Positions 38,017 through 49,160 of a stretch of DNA of 64,000 nucleotides are shown one piece after another. A model generated the notes under the pieces. That model saw nothing but the letters and a program-made list of their open reading frames with translations. It was not told where the DNA came from and searched no databases. The stretch comes from Takakia lepidozioides (taxonomy: Eukaryota; Plantae; Bryophyta): assembly GCA_030704615.1 (NCBI GenBank), contig CM060733.1, positions 68,634,001 through 68,698,000 on the forward strand. Direction: 5' to 3'. Positions within the stretch are counted from its first letter, which is position 1; each line of letters begins with the position of its first letter. Position numbers and translations under genes: made by a program.

Positions 38017-40227
38017 CTATCCAGTGCAATGTGGACATAACCAATCCCCATCCGGAACCATCTCAAGAGGTGGAGTCAAGCATCCCATATGCCAACCTCT
38101 AGAGCATCGATCACACACCAGCATGGTGGCTGCCCTTTTAGCAGACCCACACAACATGCACCTCAAACCTGCAGATACCACTGCCAGGTTTGGGTCAATC
38201 CTGCCATCGACATTCGGAAGGTGACATGGCGCACAATTACGCACATGGTCCTTCCAAGTTATGCCATCCCGACCCTCCAAGACCAAGACGCCTGAGGGCA
38301 AGACCTCTCGAACCCTCAAAATAACACGTCCTGCAGTCACATCCAGGGTCGTAGGAGCAGTCTGCTGCAGATAGACATAGTCGCCAGGGTTGAATCTCCG
38401 AACCCCAGGACGATAGCCCCCACCACGTATGGTAGCATACCTCAATGTATCACGGTGTTGTGCAATGGCAAGGTTCTCGAAAGCCATGGGCATGACTCTC
38501 TTGAACAACTCTGCACGCTGCTCACATGCACGTGCCCACACTTCCGGATCGTCAAGGTTAAGAACTGTAGCAGCTTCTCTGCGAATGGATGTAGGCAAAT
38601 CCGGCTCTCGGCCAAAGAGAAGAAAGTATGGTGAGAAGGAGGCGAGTGATGCTTGCTTGCTGAACCTGTAGCCCATGGCTAACCAGAATAACTGAAGGTC
38701 CCAATCTCCTAGGTGTCCCTTCTGCAAGCCATACTTGCGCAAACCCCTCTTTACTGTCTGAACAACTCTCTCTGCCAAGCCATCGGCCTCAGGATGATCC
38801 CGAGAAGTGGTGCGGTGGTCTATCAAGGCCTTGTCACACAACGCCTGAAACTCCCCCAAGAACTCTCTCCCTTGGTCCGTGAGTACCTCAGCTGGAGCAC
38901 CGAATCGGCTAAGCACACAATCCAAGAATGCATACGCAGCTCCCTCACTAGCCTTATCAGGCAATGGAACCAATTCAATCCACTTGGAGAAGTGCTCCAC
39001 CATCACCAACACGTACTTGTTGTGGCGCATGGTCAGTGGCAATGGCCCTGCGAAGTCAAGACTCCACCTGTAGCCCAATCCCATGATCGGAAGAGGGTGC
39101 AATTGTGGAGTAGGGGCGTTGAATGAAGCACGCACCCTGTCACACACCATGCACCTAGCCACAAATTGTTGCACCTCTGTGTGCATACCACGCCACCAGT
39201 ACTGCCCCTGCAGTAGACTATGAGTGCGTCGCACCCCAAAATGCCCCAACTCCTCATGGGCATGGCGCACTAACCGTGCCCGCTGTGTTGGGTGAGGCAC
39301 AATCCTCACTCGACCATCCTCCCACACTCGGAGCAGGTGTGTCCCCTCCCACTTGAACCTCTTGGCTCGTTGTAGGATCCGATCCCTCTCCTTGGTAGTC
39401 ACAGTGGCTGCCGTGTCTCTAGTGCGGAGGTAGTCCAACACAACTGAATCCTCATGTATATCTTTGGCGCCACCTTGCTCATTGCTGGCCTCAGGGTCCT
39501 CAGACACTTGATCTACAGTCATCCCTGTTGCCGGTCCAACCTGGCCTTCCGCTGCCAAGATACACAGAAATGCAGATGCATGCCATCCGGGCACCATCTC
39601 CTCGTCCGTCTCACCATGCCACCGAACTCCAGTGTCATCCTGTTGGCTCATGCATGGATTGCGACTCAACCCATCTGCATTGCGATTGACCAAACCCGGT
39701 CGATGCACCACCTGAAAGTCATACTCTTGAAGGATGAGTGCCCACCGTGCAAGCTTCCCCGTAAGCTTGTCTGACTCCATCAACCACTTGAGTGGTTGGT
39801 GATCCGTGACAAGGGTGAAGAGATTGCCGTATAGATAGCACCTGAAGTGTGCCACGGCCCACACTGCAGCTAAGCATTCTCCCTCATATGAGCTATACTT
39901 AGACTCTGCAGCATTGTTCGAGCGGCTAGCATAAGCCACTACGAACTCTCTTCCCTCATCATCCACCTGTGTGAGCACCGCTCCAAGCCCCAGCATGCTC
40001 CAATCTATATGCAGCTGAAAAGGACGCCCCCTGATAGGTCGTCTCAAGATGGGCGCCGAGGTCAACCTCGCCTTGAGCTCTTGAAAAGCTTGTTCTTGCT
40101 CATCTTCCCACTGCCACTCCTGGTCCACCTTGGTCAGCTTGGTTAGAGCCTTTGCAATGGCACTAAATCCCTTAACAAACCGTCTGTAATAGTTTGCTAA
40201 CCCCATGAAAGCTCGAACTCGGCTCAC
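38017..40227 (-). pseudogene. pol C-terminal part: RT linker, RNase H, integrase, PHD finger
   Basis: LHIDWS..GLGAVL..YASR (RH). HEELGH..CMVC (HHCC). WSLDF, LTDQGREF and GLAER (DDE). CMLC...CDRC..WHMGC...WLCPHC (C4HC3 PHD). Confidence 0.95.
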
Positions 40228-40269
40228 ATCCGTGGGGCGTGGAACCTGTGCAATGGACTCTACCTTAGT

Positions 40270-41036
40270 CTACTGTACCCCCAATCCTCCAGGATATATC
40301 ATGTGACCCAGATACTCAATCTGGTTGTGGAAAAACTTGCACTTTCCCGGATGTAACTTCAATCCGTGCGCCCTCAAGCGCTCAAATACCCCCTGAAGGT
40401 GTCTCTCATGCTCCTCCACCGTAGCACTAAAGATGATGATGTCATCTATGTAGCACCGAGCAACCTCCACCCCTGCTAGAATCCTGTCCATGACTCTTTG
40501 AAACTCAGCGGGAGCATTTTTAAGCCCAAATGGTAAGAACCGCCACTGGTATAGGCAATCCTTCCCGTGCTCATTGATCCCCAGAATGCCGTCTTTTGCT
40601 TATCCGCCTCCTTGATCGGCAACTGGTGATATCCGGATCGTAAATCCAACGTGCTAAAGACCTTGGAATGCCCAATGGCATCAAAGATCTCCTCTGGTGT
40701 CGGCATGGCATACCTATCGGACTTGGTCTGACGATTTACAGGCCGGTAATCACCGCACATACGTCTCTCCGTCCAATTGCCATAGACATCCTTCTTGGCT
40801 GGCATCACTGTGGCTGAAGCATACTCTCCACCAGAGAGCTCCACCAAACCTGCCTCCCAAAGATCCTGAGTTCTCATCTGAATCAAGGACCTCTCCATGT
40901 CACTGTATCTATAGGGTCTCCGAAAGATTGGCGTGTCAGTAGCCAATTCAATGCAAATCTCTTGACCCTTCAGTGCTCCCAAGTCCTTCAAACTGAAGGC
41001 AAAACAATTCCTGTAAGCCCTCAGGAACCGCCGCAT
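40270..41036 (-). pseudogene. Reverse transcriptase, frameshifted near 40575
   Basis: RMCGDYRPVN, FSTLDLRSGYHQ, LPFGLKNAP, CYIDDII, KCKF. Confidence 0.95.
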
Positions 41037-41150
41037 ATGTCGTCTCTCTCCTCCGGTGACAATGGGTCCAATGTCAGGCTCCCAATTGTCCTCCGTAACT
41101 GCAACCTTAAGTCCAGTGGGCTTAGAGGTAGAGGACGCGTCCCGTGGTTG

Positions 41151-42413
41151 CTATGCTGCAACCTTTTGAGCAGTACTCTCTTCCTGCTCAGTCATTGACA
41201 AGGCCTCATCCTGCCCCATCATCTCATCATTGAGAACCTCCTCATCCCGAGAAGAATCCCCAACCTCATCCATCACAGCTGCCTTGGCTGCCAACTCCCT
41301 CTGAACCTCGAGCACCTCCCACGTGTGCCATGGATGTCTACACCCCGTGGTCCTCACCGGCTCGCCCCCACTCGCTGCCTGTACCGTCCCGGTAGGCAGA
41401 GAGACCATGAAGGGGAGTGCACTCCGCACTCTACGTTGCTCAGCCATAGCCAAGCTAATAATCCAGGTCAAGCAATTGAGATCCATTGCTTGCCCCAACA
41501 CCTGACGTCGTGATGCCTCAGAAAGAGAAGGCACCGCCGTGGTCCTAGTGGAAAACCCCATAGCCCGCTCTCGCTCGTCGGCATTAGGCTCCACTAACTG
41601 CTGCAACTGAGCATCCCACAGGAGGCCAGGTCCACCATCCCGAAAAGCATGGGATCCTGGGAAGCTGAGCAGTGTAGGTAATGCTACTCGTGGTTGACCC
41701 ACCCTGTTGACCACTGCCAAAGGCGAACGGTCATCGTGTCTCACACGTTGAGACTGCCTCCCTGTGTCCAAAATGCCATCCACGGTGAGGTGTGCTGGCC
41801 GCTGCACCCCATCAAATGCACGCTTGAGTAGTGCAGGTGGCATCAAGTTAGTCCACCAAAGCCGTGGACGATGAGCCCGTGACCCCACTGCGGCTGCATC
41901 CAGCAACACTGCTGATCCAAGCCACGACCGGACTTGATGCACACTGGCCATCACCCTGGCCCGAGAATCGCCCATCAGTGGCACATTCTCCAAGATGTAT
42001 GCTGGCGATACAGCTTGATGAAGCTGCAAGTGGCGCAAAATCCGCACCATCTCCCAAAACAGACCCGTCCTCGAGTCTCGCAATCCATTGCCATGCCCGG
42101 CTGATGAATGCCCTTGGCAGGGCCAACCTGCCACTACCAGATCAATGGAGCCAACCTGCTCCAAATCCGGCGCCCCCAACAACGAAATGTCTGCTGGCAA
42201 GGCTTGTTGGTATCCACGAACTGCAGACACTGGTAACAAAGCAGGGTACTGTTGTACCAACTGAGCAACATGGCGCAGTGAGACGCGTCGTGCAGTCTCA
42301 TCCCTCTCCACATACAGGTAACACCTTACCCGCACACCTGCCTGTAGCACAGCAGCCAATCCAGTGCTGATCCCGCCAAACAAGTCCAAAAGGCAAATGC
42401 CTTCATCCGGATA
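41151..42413 (-). pseudogene. C5 cytosine DNA methyltransferase domain within the gypsy polyprotein
   Basis: Motif I DLFGGISTG; II YVERD; III ADI; IV AGWPCQGHS; VI ILENV; VIII AHRPRLWW; IX ERERAMGF; X LGQAM. Confidence 0.92.
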
Positions 42414-43517
42414 CTACCACACAATAGGTGTGGTATCCAATGGTGACAACTGAGGTGGTCCTGGTGCAATACCCGCACTCTCCTCCTCTTCTGACGGTAC
42501 AAAAGCCTCTACCCAGGCTTGTTGCACCCGTCGATCAGCAACCTGCTGCAAATCCTTGCTCGTACCCCACAATGGAGTGTGAGCAACCATGGCAGACAAC
42601 TCCGCCATACCATGCATGTCATCCTGCTCTGCTGGAGGTGGCACATCCTCTGCATGGGCATTGCCTTCTAGCAACTCTCCAGGCCAACTAACTGCAGCTG
42701 TAAAGGCGGCTAGTGTTGGCATCTTGCCCCGCTGGGCAGCCGCTATACCCCCAATGAATGTCACAGGGAGCTATGCACGGCGACCATCGCCTGACTGCCA
42801 TCCAGGCCTGTAGGATGCTGACTCCTCCCAAAAGTCCAGGGTGAAGCCCATGGGGTATAACCCTGCCCCACCAATGAGGACATCGTAAGAGACCGCGTCT
42901 GTCACAATGGCCTTGGCTCGCATCACTGAGCCATCTCTAGGATGATCCGGCTGCAGTCTAATGGCCAACTGATGTCGTGTCATGCCCCGAGCCTGCTCTG
43001 ATCCTCCCAGAGATGTCTGTATCTGGAAAGGACAAGGCTCCATATCCGCCTCCATGAGGCCCAAACCTGCAATAGCAGCTCTGCCCAACATCAGTGGCTG
43101 AGCTCCCGAGTCCAACAAGACCCGAAGTGGCCGGTACTTCTTGCTTGCCGGTCCACTCAAAGTGAAAATGCCTCCCTGGTTGTCTAACAAGACAACTCCA
43201 GGTGTCACCGTGGCGCGCTCAAAGGCTGGCCTAGCTGGCAGCTTTGTCAACCTGGCAGCTGCAGCTTGCCATGGCGCAGCCGTGGCAGTCTTGACCCTCA
43301 AATCCGAGGATCCCTCTGCCACTACACCTTCCACTAACTCCGCAGAAGATGAAGTGACCTCCCCACTCTCACAGAGTGTTGCTGCTAGTCTGAACACTGC
43401 AGCTGGTCTCACCCCCGGCGTCGCAATCATTGTTGCCGAGAACAGTGGGGCCTGACACACAGAGGTGGCTGCCCCCAATAACACACCGGCCGCACTAGCC
43501 TTGGCAGCAGGAGTCAA
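42414..43517 (-). pseudogene. Aspartic protease region of the polyprotein
   Basis: VLLDSGA ... YDVLIG; same frame as the DNMT, separated by TAG stops. Confidence 0.85.
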
Positions 43518-45351
43518 TGCTGCACGTGTAGCTCTCCCAATGGCATAGTAACCTCCGCCTCGGTAACAGTCGGGCGAGAACTAGGTGCCATGGATGGCGT
43601 CGACACAGTCTCCGCCAATGTGAATGACTGAGGAAGCCTCGCCTGACGGCTTGCCTCCCCACGCTGTGGATCCAATTCCACCTCTGCACCTCGTGGCTCA
43701 GGAACTCGTGCTGCTCCTCGAGTCACGGCTGCAGCAGACTCCACCTGCTCTAGTGGTAGTGTCGCTCCGCACATAAATCCCATGCCTCCCATATCTCCTC
43801 CCTCAGGAGCAGGAGGTGGACCATCCCGCCTGGGAGCCGGTACCGCCTGAGCTATAGCCATGGCAGCGAGCCTCTGCTCTAGCTGCTGAAGCCGGTTGGC
43901 CATGCCTTGATCAACACCCTAACCTCCGCGTCCTTGGCCATGTTGAGCTTGCCCTTGGCCTGCACCTCGTGCCCGACCACCTTGTCCTCTCTGGGCTGGT
44001 CCACCTTGCCCCCGGCCACCATTGTTCCCTTGGAATGGCCTGGGCGCAACTCAGGATGCAAGTCATAACACTGGGCATCTCCATGCCCATACTTGCCACA
44101 ATGCCCACACTGCAACTGTGCAGGCTGTGCTTGTGCCGGCCTTCTGCCACCCTCTGGGCAATCTCTCTTGACATGGGGTCCTCCACATGTCCAACATATC
44201 ACCCCTGGTTGCTGTTGGCCTGCAAAAGACGCCACGGGCCTCTGCACCTGAGGTCCCCTGTAAGCTCCATGGAACTTGGGTTGGGCAGCCTTGCCCCCCT
44301 GACCACGCTGTTGGGCAGTCCCTTGTGCCTGTGGGCTGACAGCTGTGCCCCGTGCAGGCATGTCCTTGCCAAATCCAATTGTAACAACTCACTCCTCCAC
44401 CATGTTGAGCTCAATCCGCTCAGCCAGCAGAAACACATCTGCTAATGTGGGTTGGGCTGCTTGTAACAGGGTTGCATCTCGCACCCTTCTCTTGAGCTCC
44501 TTGTCCAGAATTCCATACCAAAACTGGATTGCCTGAGCTTCAGTAACCCCTTGGGTCACACTTATCAAGCGCCTCATACGAGTGTACGCCTCTCGCAGGC
44601 TCTCACTGGGTTTGCGCTGGAAGTCTTGCAAACTTCGCAGCTTCTCTGTCCGTACGCCTTGGTAGTTCCTCCGCAACTCCTGGAAGAACTCCACCACCGG
44701 GTTGAATCTAGGCACATGTGTTGTAGTCGTGGCAGGAGGAGTAGTAGCACCTTTTGAACTGGTACCACCTGCAGAAGCACCAGCACTACTTGCTCCACTA
44801 CTAGTGCTGGTAGTGGGAGCTACTGGTACTGATGCAGCTACTGGTCGCGTCGTGCCTCGAGTAATGGAGACGTAGTCAGGTGACCAATACATCCTCCACT
44901 CCTCAATCTCTGCTTCATGTCCTCGCCTGAACTCGTGGTAATCGTCCATCGGCGGGCCTTCCAAATGCTGGAACAGTCCCTTCCACGCCATGAATGGGGT
45001 GAATAGCTGTGGATTGCGCATCTGCTGCAAATCACACCAGCTGTCGAACTCCTGGATAAAGTCATCCAACTCGATTGTGCCCACAGCTCCAGAGTACCTA
45101 CGAGGCCCCTTGGTAGCTCCATACATCTCCTCCATGTCGTCCCACAACAATGGCGAATGAAAGTGCACACCAGTTGATGAAGCCTCCGAGTCTGTGTCTA
45201 ACTCTACAGTAATTGAGGGTGGCGGTGAAGGTGGTCTGAACCGAATACCTCGTCTTGTGAACCCACTCTCACTGTTACTGCCTGTAGCCGTACTCCCCTC
45301 AAAACCCTTGGGTAACTCCATAATGACACTCACAATGTGCACCTCCTCCAC
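43514..45351 (-). pseudogene. gag with two CCHC zinc knuckles, frameshifted
   Basis: Q..ESLREAY.RM motif; CWTCGGPHVKRDC; CGHCGKYGHGDAQC. Confidence 0.85.
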
Positions 45352-45870
45352 GTGACACTATAAGGCTCTAGTACTAATCTAATAGTGACACGGGTGGGCA
45401 CCTGTTGCAGTTTAAGGGTCATATCCCAATGGCTCAGGGCACCTGCACCTGCATCCACCGCAAGAACTCCTATGGTTGGCTGGTTATCAACCCAGCCTCA
45501 CCATAGAAGAAACACTGGTGGTCTTGCTGGTCATCACTCCAGCCTCACCACCGACAGCATACTCTAGGATTGACCGGTGATCAAATCCGGCCTAATCCCT
45601 ATGAAAGCAAGCGCCCACACAAAACCAACATGGCGCACAGTCAAGCATGCAGGTGTTGGGGGGGATCCAAACACAAGAAATCAAAACATCAACACCCCCA
45701 CACCAAAATCCAGCTGCAATGCTGATCCTGCAGAATAGCCCAGCCCAAAACCCCGGACTGACTGACCTCCACCAAGAGAGGCTTTGGCAACTACAAGTAC
45801 AAGGTAATAAAAATAGTACAGAGATGGAGGGGAAGAATAGAAGCCCGACCAAGCAAGATCTAATCCTGAT

Positions 45871-46620
45871 CTATGCTATCAACTGCCAGACTTCTCTCAA
45901 AGTGCCTCGCTCTGCATGATGGTAAGGTGTAGGAGGTATATCTATGTCCAGAAACTTGCCACTAACCTTGTCCCAAGCTACAGTAGCTCGCTCTAACCAA
46001 CCCTCCTCCTCTTTCTTCCAGGTAGAGACAAAGCAATACTCCCCTATCTCCCGCTCACTGAATACTAAAGAAAACAAAGGTAGGGTCTGATAGTCTCTCA
46101 ACTCGAAAGCTTTGAGATGGTTGCGGGTGTCCTCATTGCGAATGACTGCATCTCCTTCACGCACAACAAACATGTCATTGCTGATGAACCCCCGCTCGTG
46201 GTTGCCCTGTGCAGAGCGTATCCGGCTGCAACCATGTCTGATTGCACAAACTTGTGTAGCTCCTGCTCCTCTGCTCCAGTACACCACGGCCTTGTGGCTG
46301 AACACCTTGGTCCCCGGGGCTGTCTTTGGCTGTGTTCCAAGCCTAGCTTTCACCCACTTTGGTATTTCACCTACAGCTGCAGAACTGCTGGCTCCAACAG
46401 AGTTCTGACTGTCCAAGGCGATATTGAGGCCCTCAATGCCAACTACAGCAGTCTGTTGTCTACTGCTAATGCCTGACTCCGAGTATGCAATCAACTCGTC
46501 CAACTGTTCTCCACTCAAATCAGTCTGAGTTCCTTGGGAAACATAAATCCTGTCCCCTTGTGTGCACAGGCTAAGAGAAGAGACCTGCCCTTCAATTACG
46601 TCCTCATTTCCCCCAGCCAT
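45871..46620 (-). CDS. 249-aa ORF of unknown function upstream of gag (extra ORF)
   Basis: Uninterrupted ATG-to-stop ORF, co-oriented with gag-pol; no motif recognised. Confidence 0.45.
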   Translation of the reverse strand: MAGGNEDVIEGQVSSLSLCTQGDRIYVSQGTQTDLSGEQLDELIAYSESGISSRQQTAVVGIEGLNIALDSQNSVGASSSAAVGEIPKWVKARLGTQPKTAPGTKVFSHKAVVYWSRGAGATQVCAIRHGCSRIRSAQGNHERGFISNDMFVVREGDAVIRNEDTRNHLKAFELRDYQTLPLFSLVFSEREIGEYCFVSTWKKEEEGWLERATVAWDKVSGKFLDIDIPPTPYHHAERGTLREVWQLIA

Positions 46621-47870
46621 GCAAGGAGTACATCCACATATTTGTCTCTCATATAGACCAGCACAGGTTCTAGAGACAGGATTGTGGATCTTTTATGGCA
46701 CACTCACACTCTAAAAATTCCATAGATTTTTAGCATAGTCCCAAAAACAGAAACCAGGTCTAGGTAGGTAGATTTCCCCTTTCTGCAGCTATCCTCCCAA
46801 AAACTGAGTCAAACGGAGTCCATCTGACAAAGTTATGACCAGTTAGGCTCTAAATCATTTAAATTAGATCAAAAGGTTTTTTTTTTTTTTTTTAACACCA
46901 AAACGTTCTCGCCATTACAACCTGTTCCCAGGTTATCTATGGGTTCCTGAGGCCGTTCCCCTCCAGGCTTCTCCAGGCACCAAGAACTCTCCAACTCCAA
47001 GACTCGACCTCAGTTATGGATGGGGTATCACACCCTGGAGCAGCAGGCGTGCGATAACGGATTGCCCTGCATCACCGAATTGGGGACATCGGCAGAGCTC
47101 GAGCGCCTGGGCTTAAGCGCATCCGAGATTGATGATCTCCGACACTGTCTCAAGGCATTTCCACATGCCTTTCAGCTCTACATCAGCGGCAGATTTTGAG
47201 AAGTCATGCAGACAAACTGCTACAGCCTAATACTTTACAGCAAATTGAAATTCCTTGTGTCTGGGCATCAACACCGAAAACCTATGTAGGTACGCATGCA
47301 AAAATTGTTGCTGATGGCTGATATATGTGCCTATTCAAGAGGCCCGTTGCAGGTTAAAGGATGATTGGCAGGGAAATAGGCAAGAGTACTTTCCACTGAG
47401 CTGACCTTACGATCCCCAGAACTACTTGGAAACGGTAGCAACGAGAGCAGAGGTTGGACCTCATCAGTGGGAGGGCACCCAGATGAGATCATTCTGAGTT
47501 GACCAATGGCATGCTTCGGCTCCCTGAATAATGTTGAGAGCCGTGAAGGCAGGATGCTCTGATGCCCAGAGACTGGTATCCAAATGACATATGGCGACTG
47601 CGTGAATGATTGATCCATCTACAGCTGCCAACGAAGCCTGCACCACCTTGGTTCCTGTGACATGATGGCAGTAGTAGAGAGCCGAAGGAAACATAACGTT
47701 GTGGCAAATGACAACATTCTCGCCCTCTACCACACTTTGCTTGGTAAAGTCAACAACCTTCACTGGTGCCTTGGTAATGCCTACACGTCCCACTGATTTT
47801 GGTGAACAAGACTGACAAGGCCAACAGTTTTTTTTTTTTTTTTTTTTTTCAAGAAAGCTGATGGGTGCTT

Positions 47871-48570
47871 TCAGCAGGCAAGTGAGAGTGGATCGCTCAG
47901 GTGCGTGGCCCAGTTGTCCAAGGGACCCTTGCCTATAGCAGCAGCTTGCACAGCAAAACCCAAAGCAGCAACCATGGCCAGCCTTGCATGCTTAATTTCG
48001 GCGAGTTTTAGAACCTCTTTCTTCTCGGGGTCAGCTGCCAGTCCGAGGGGATCGAAGTACTTGCCACCAGGATACAGACGCCTCTCTGGGTCTAACTCGG
48101 CATTCCTTTGGAACTCAATGTATCCTACCACAAGAGTCTCAATCCAGACAAGAGCAGAGATGCTGAACGGCAACGAGAGACCGAAGTAAGAGGGACCATC
48201 AGCAAGTTCCACCTTTACAGCATCTTGCCATGTCACGCCAGTGAACGTCTCGACAGACAATGCTCAACAATGGCAAGCATTGCCCATTTACCGTGGATCA
48301 GTTCGCATTCCCTGAACCTTTGGAGGCCGAACACCTCACTGTACGGTGGGAAGGGAGTGGGGTTGATATCCTTCTTCTTATCAAGACGGGTTCCGATCAC
48401 GACTCCAGCAGGGTTCTTAGCCAAGTTCTGGTTCAGTGAATCCAGCTCGAACTGCAGATACTCTAGAGATTTTCCCAGGGACAGTGGATCGAAACCGTAG
48501 TCGGGGCCTTTGCACCTGGGAACCACAGAGGCCTATCCGCCGACCCAGTCTTCTTAGACCCAAACAGCAG
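47871..48570 (-). pseudogene. LHCB4: Intronless, frameshifted copy of light-harvesting protein CP29
   Basis: DRPLWFPGA; YGFDPL.LGK..EYLQF..DSL.QNLAKN; [20 protein letters not shown]; [17 protein letters not shown]; [10 protein letters not shown]. Internal deletion, truncated C-terminus, 22-nt poly(A) at 47828-47849. Confidence 0.92.
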
Positions 48571-48805
48571 GTCCAGCCCACCTGCTTGTTGTAAAAAGCT
48601 TGGACCCGCTACATTCCCAGGAGGTTAGAACTGTTGCAACGACGCTTTGAGTGGTTCCTGCCTTCCTGTTATGCTCCACTAGGCACACATAGCCAGTCTA
48701 ACTACCGGCTCTCGTGACCAAGCTATATTATAATAGTGCTTAAAAACAAAAACGTCACATCTAGCTTAGCACTAGAAAACTAGATACGGCGTCATCTTTC
48801 TCGAG

Positions 48806-49160
48806 TGATAAGAAAACTAGAAAACACACTGCTCACACCAGAAACAACATGAATCCATCGCTATCACTCTTTAAAACAGAAGTCGAGCCAGGGGCACCCC
48901 AAGCTATGGGGACTCCACCCCACAACAACCTACACTCCCATCATAAGCACACTCAAATCTAAACGCATGAAGGAGCTCGGTCGCGCAGGCTCAACTCGAG
49001 AAAGATGAGCTGCGCGACTGCCGCTCTCGTGAAGATAAGACGGGTCAGGTGTCAAACTAAACTTGACACCTGATTTAACACTTGACCTAAATCCAAGTGT
49101 TAAATACAAATAACTAGCTTTATTCTAGCTAGTTTCACACTGTGCTTATTTAACTTGACA
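48806..49160 (-). repeat. LTR-like repeat (5' copy), TG...CA
   Basis: TGTCAAG...TTATCA on the minus strand; followed by 14 nt complementary to an internal LTR site. Confidence 0.88.

Larger units (their letters stand above)
37317..49160 (-). mobile_element. Ty3/gypsy LTR retrotransposon (non-chromovirus, PHD-bearing) with a C5-DNMT domain and a captured Lhcb4 retrocopy
   Basis: Identical 354-bp repeats at 37317-37670 and 48807-49160. Domain order gag-PR-DNMT-RT-RH-INT-PHD. No TSD found. Confidence 0.85.

Noticed and set aside
41151-42413. Bacterial contamination or restriction-modification system
   Set aside because: The domain is in frame within a retroelement polyprotein, there is no endonuclease partner, and it is flanked by intron-containing plant sequence.
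47871-48570. Functional LHCB4 gene
   Set aside because: Frameshifts, an internal deletion, no clear start or transit peptide, and a truncated C-terminus.
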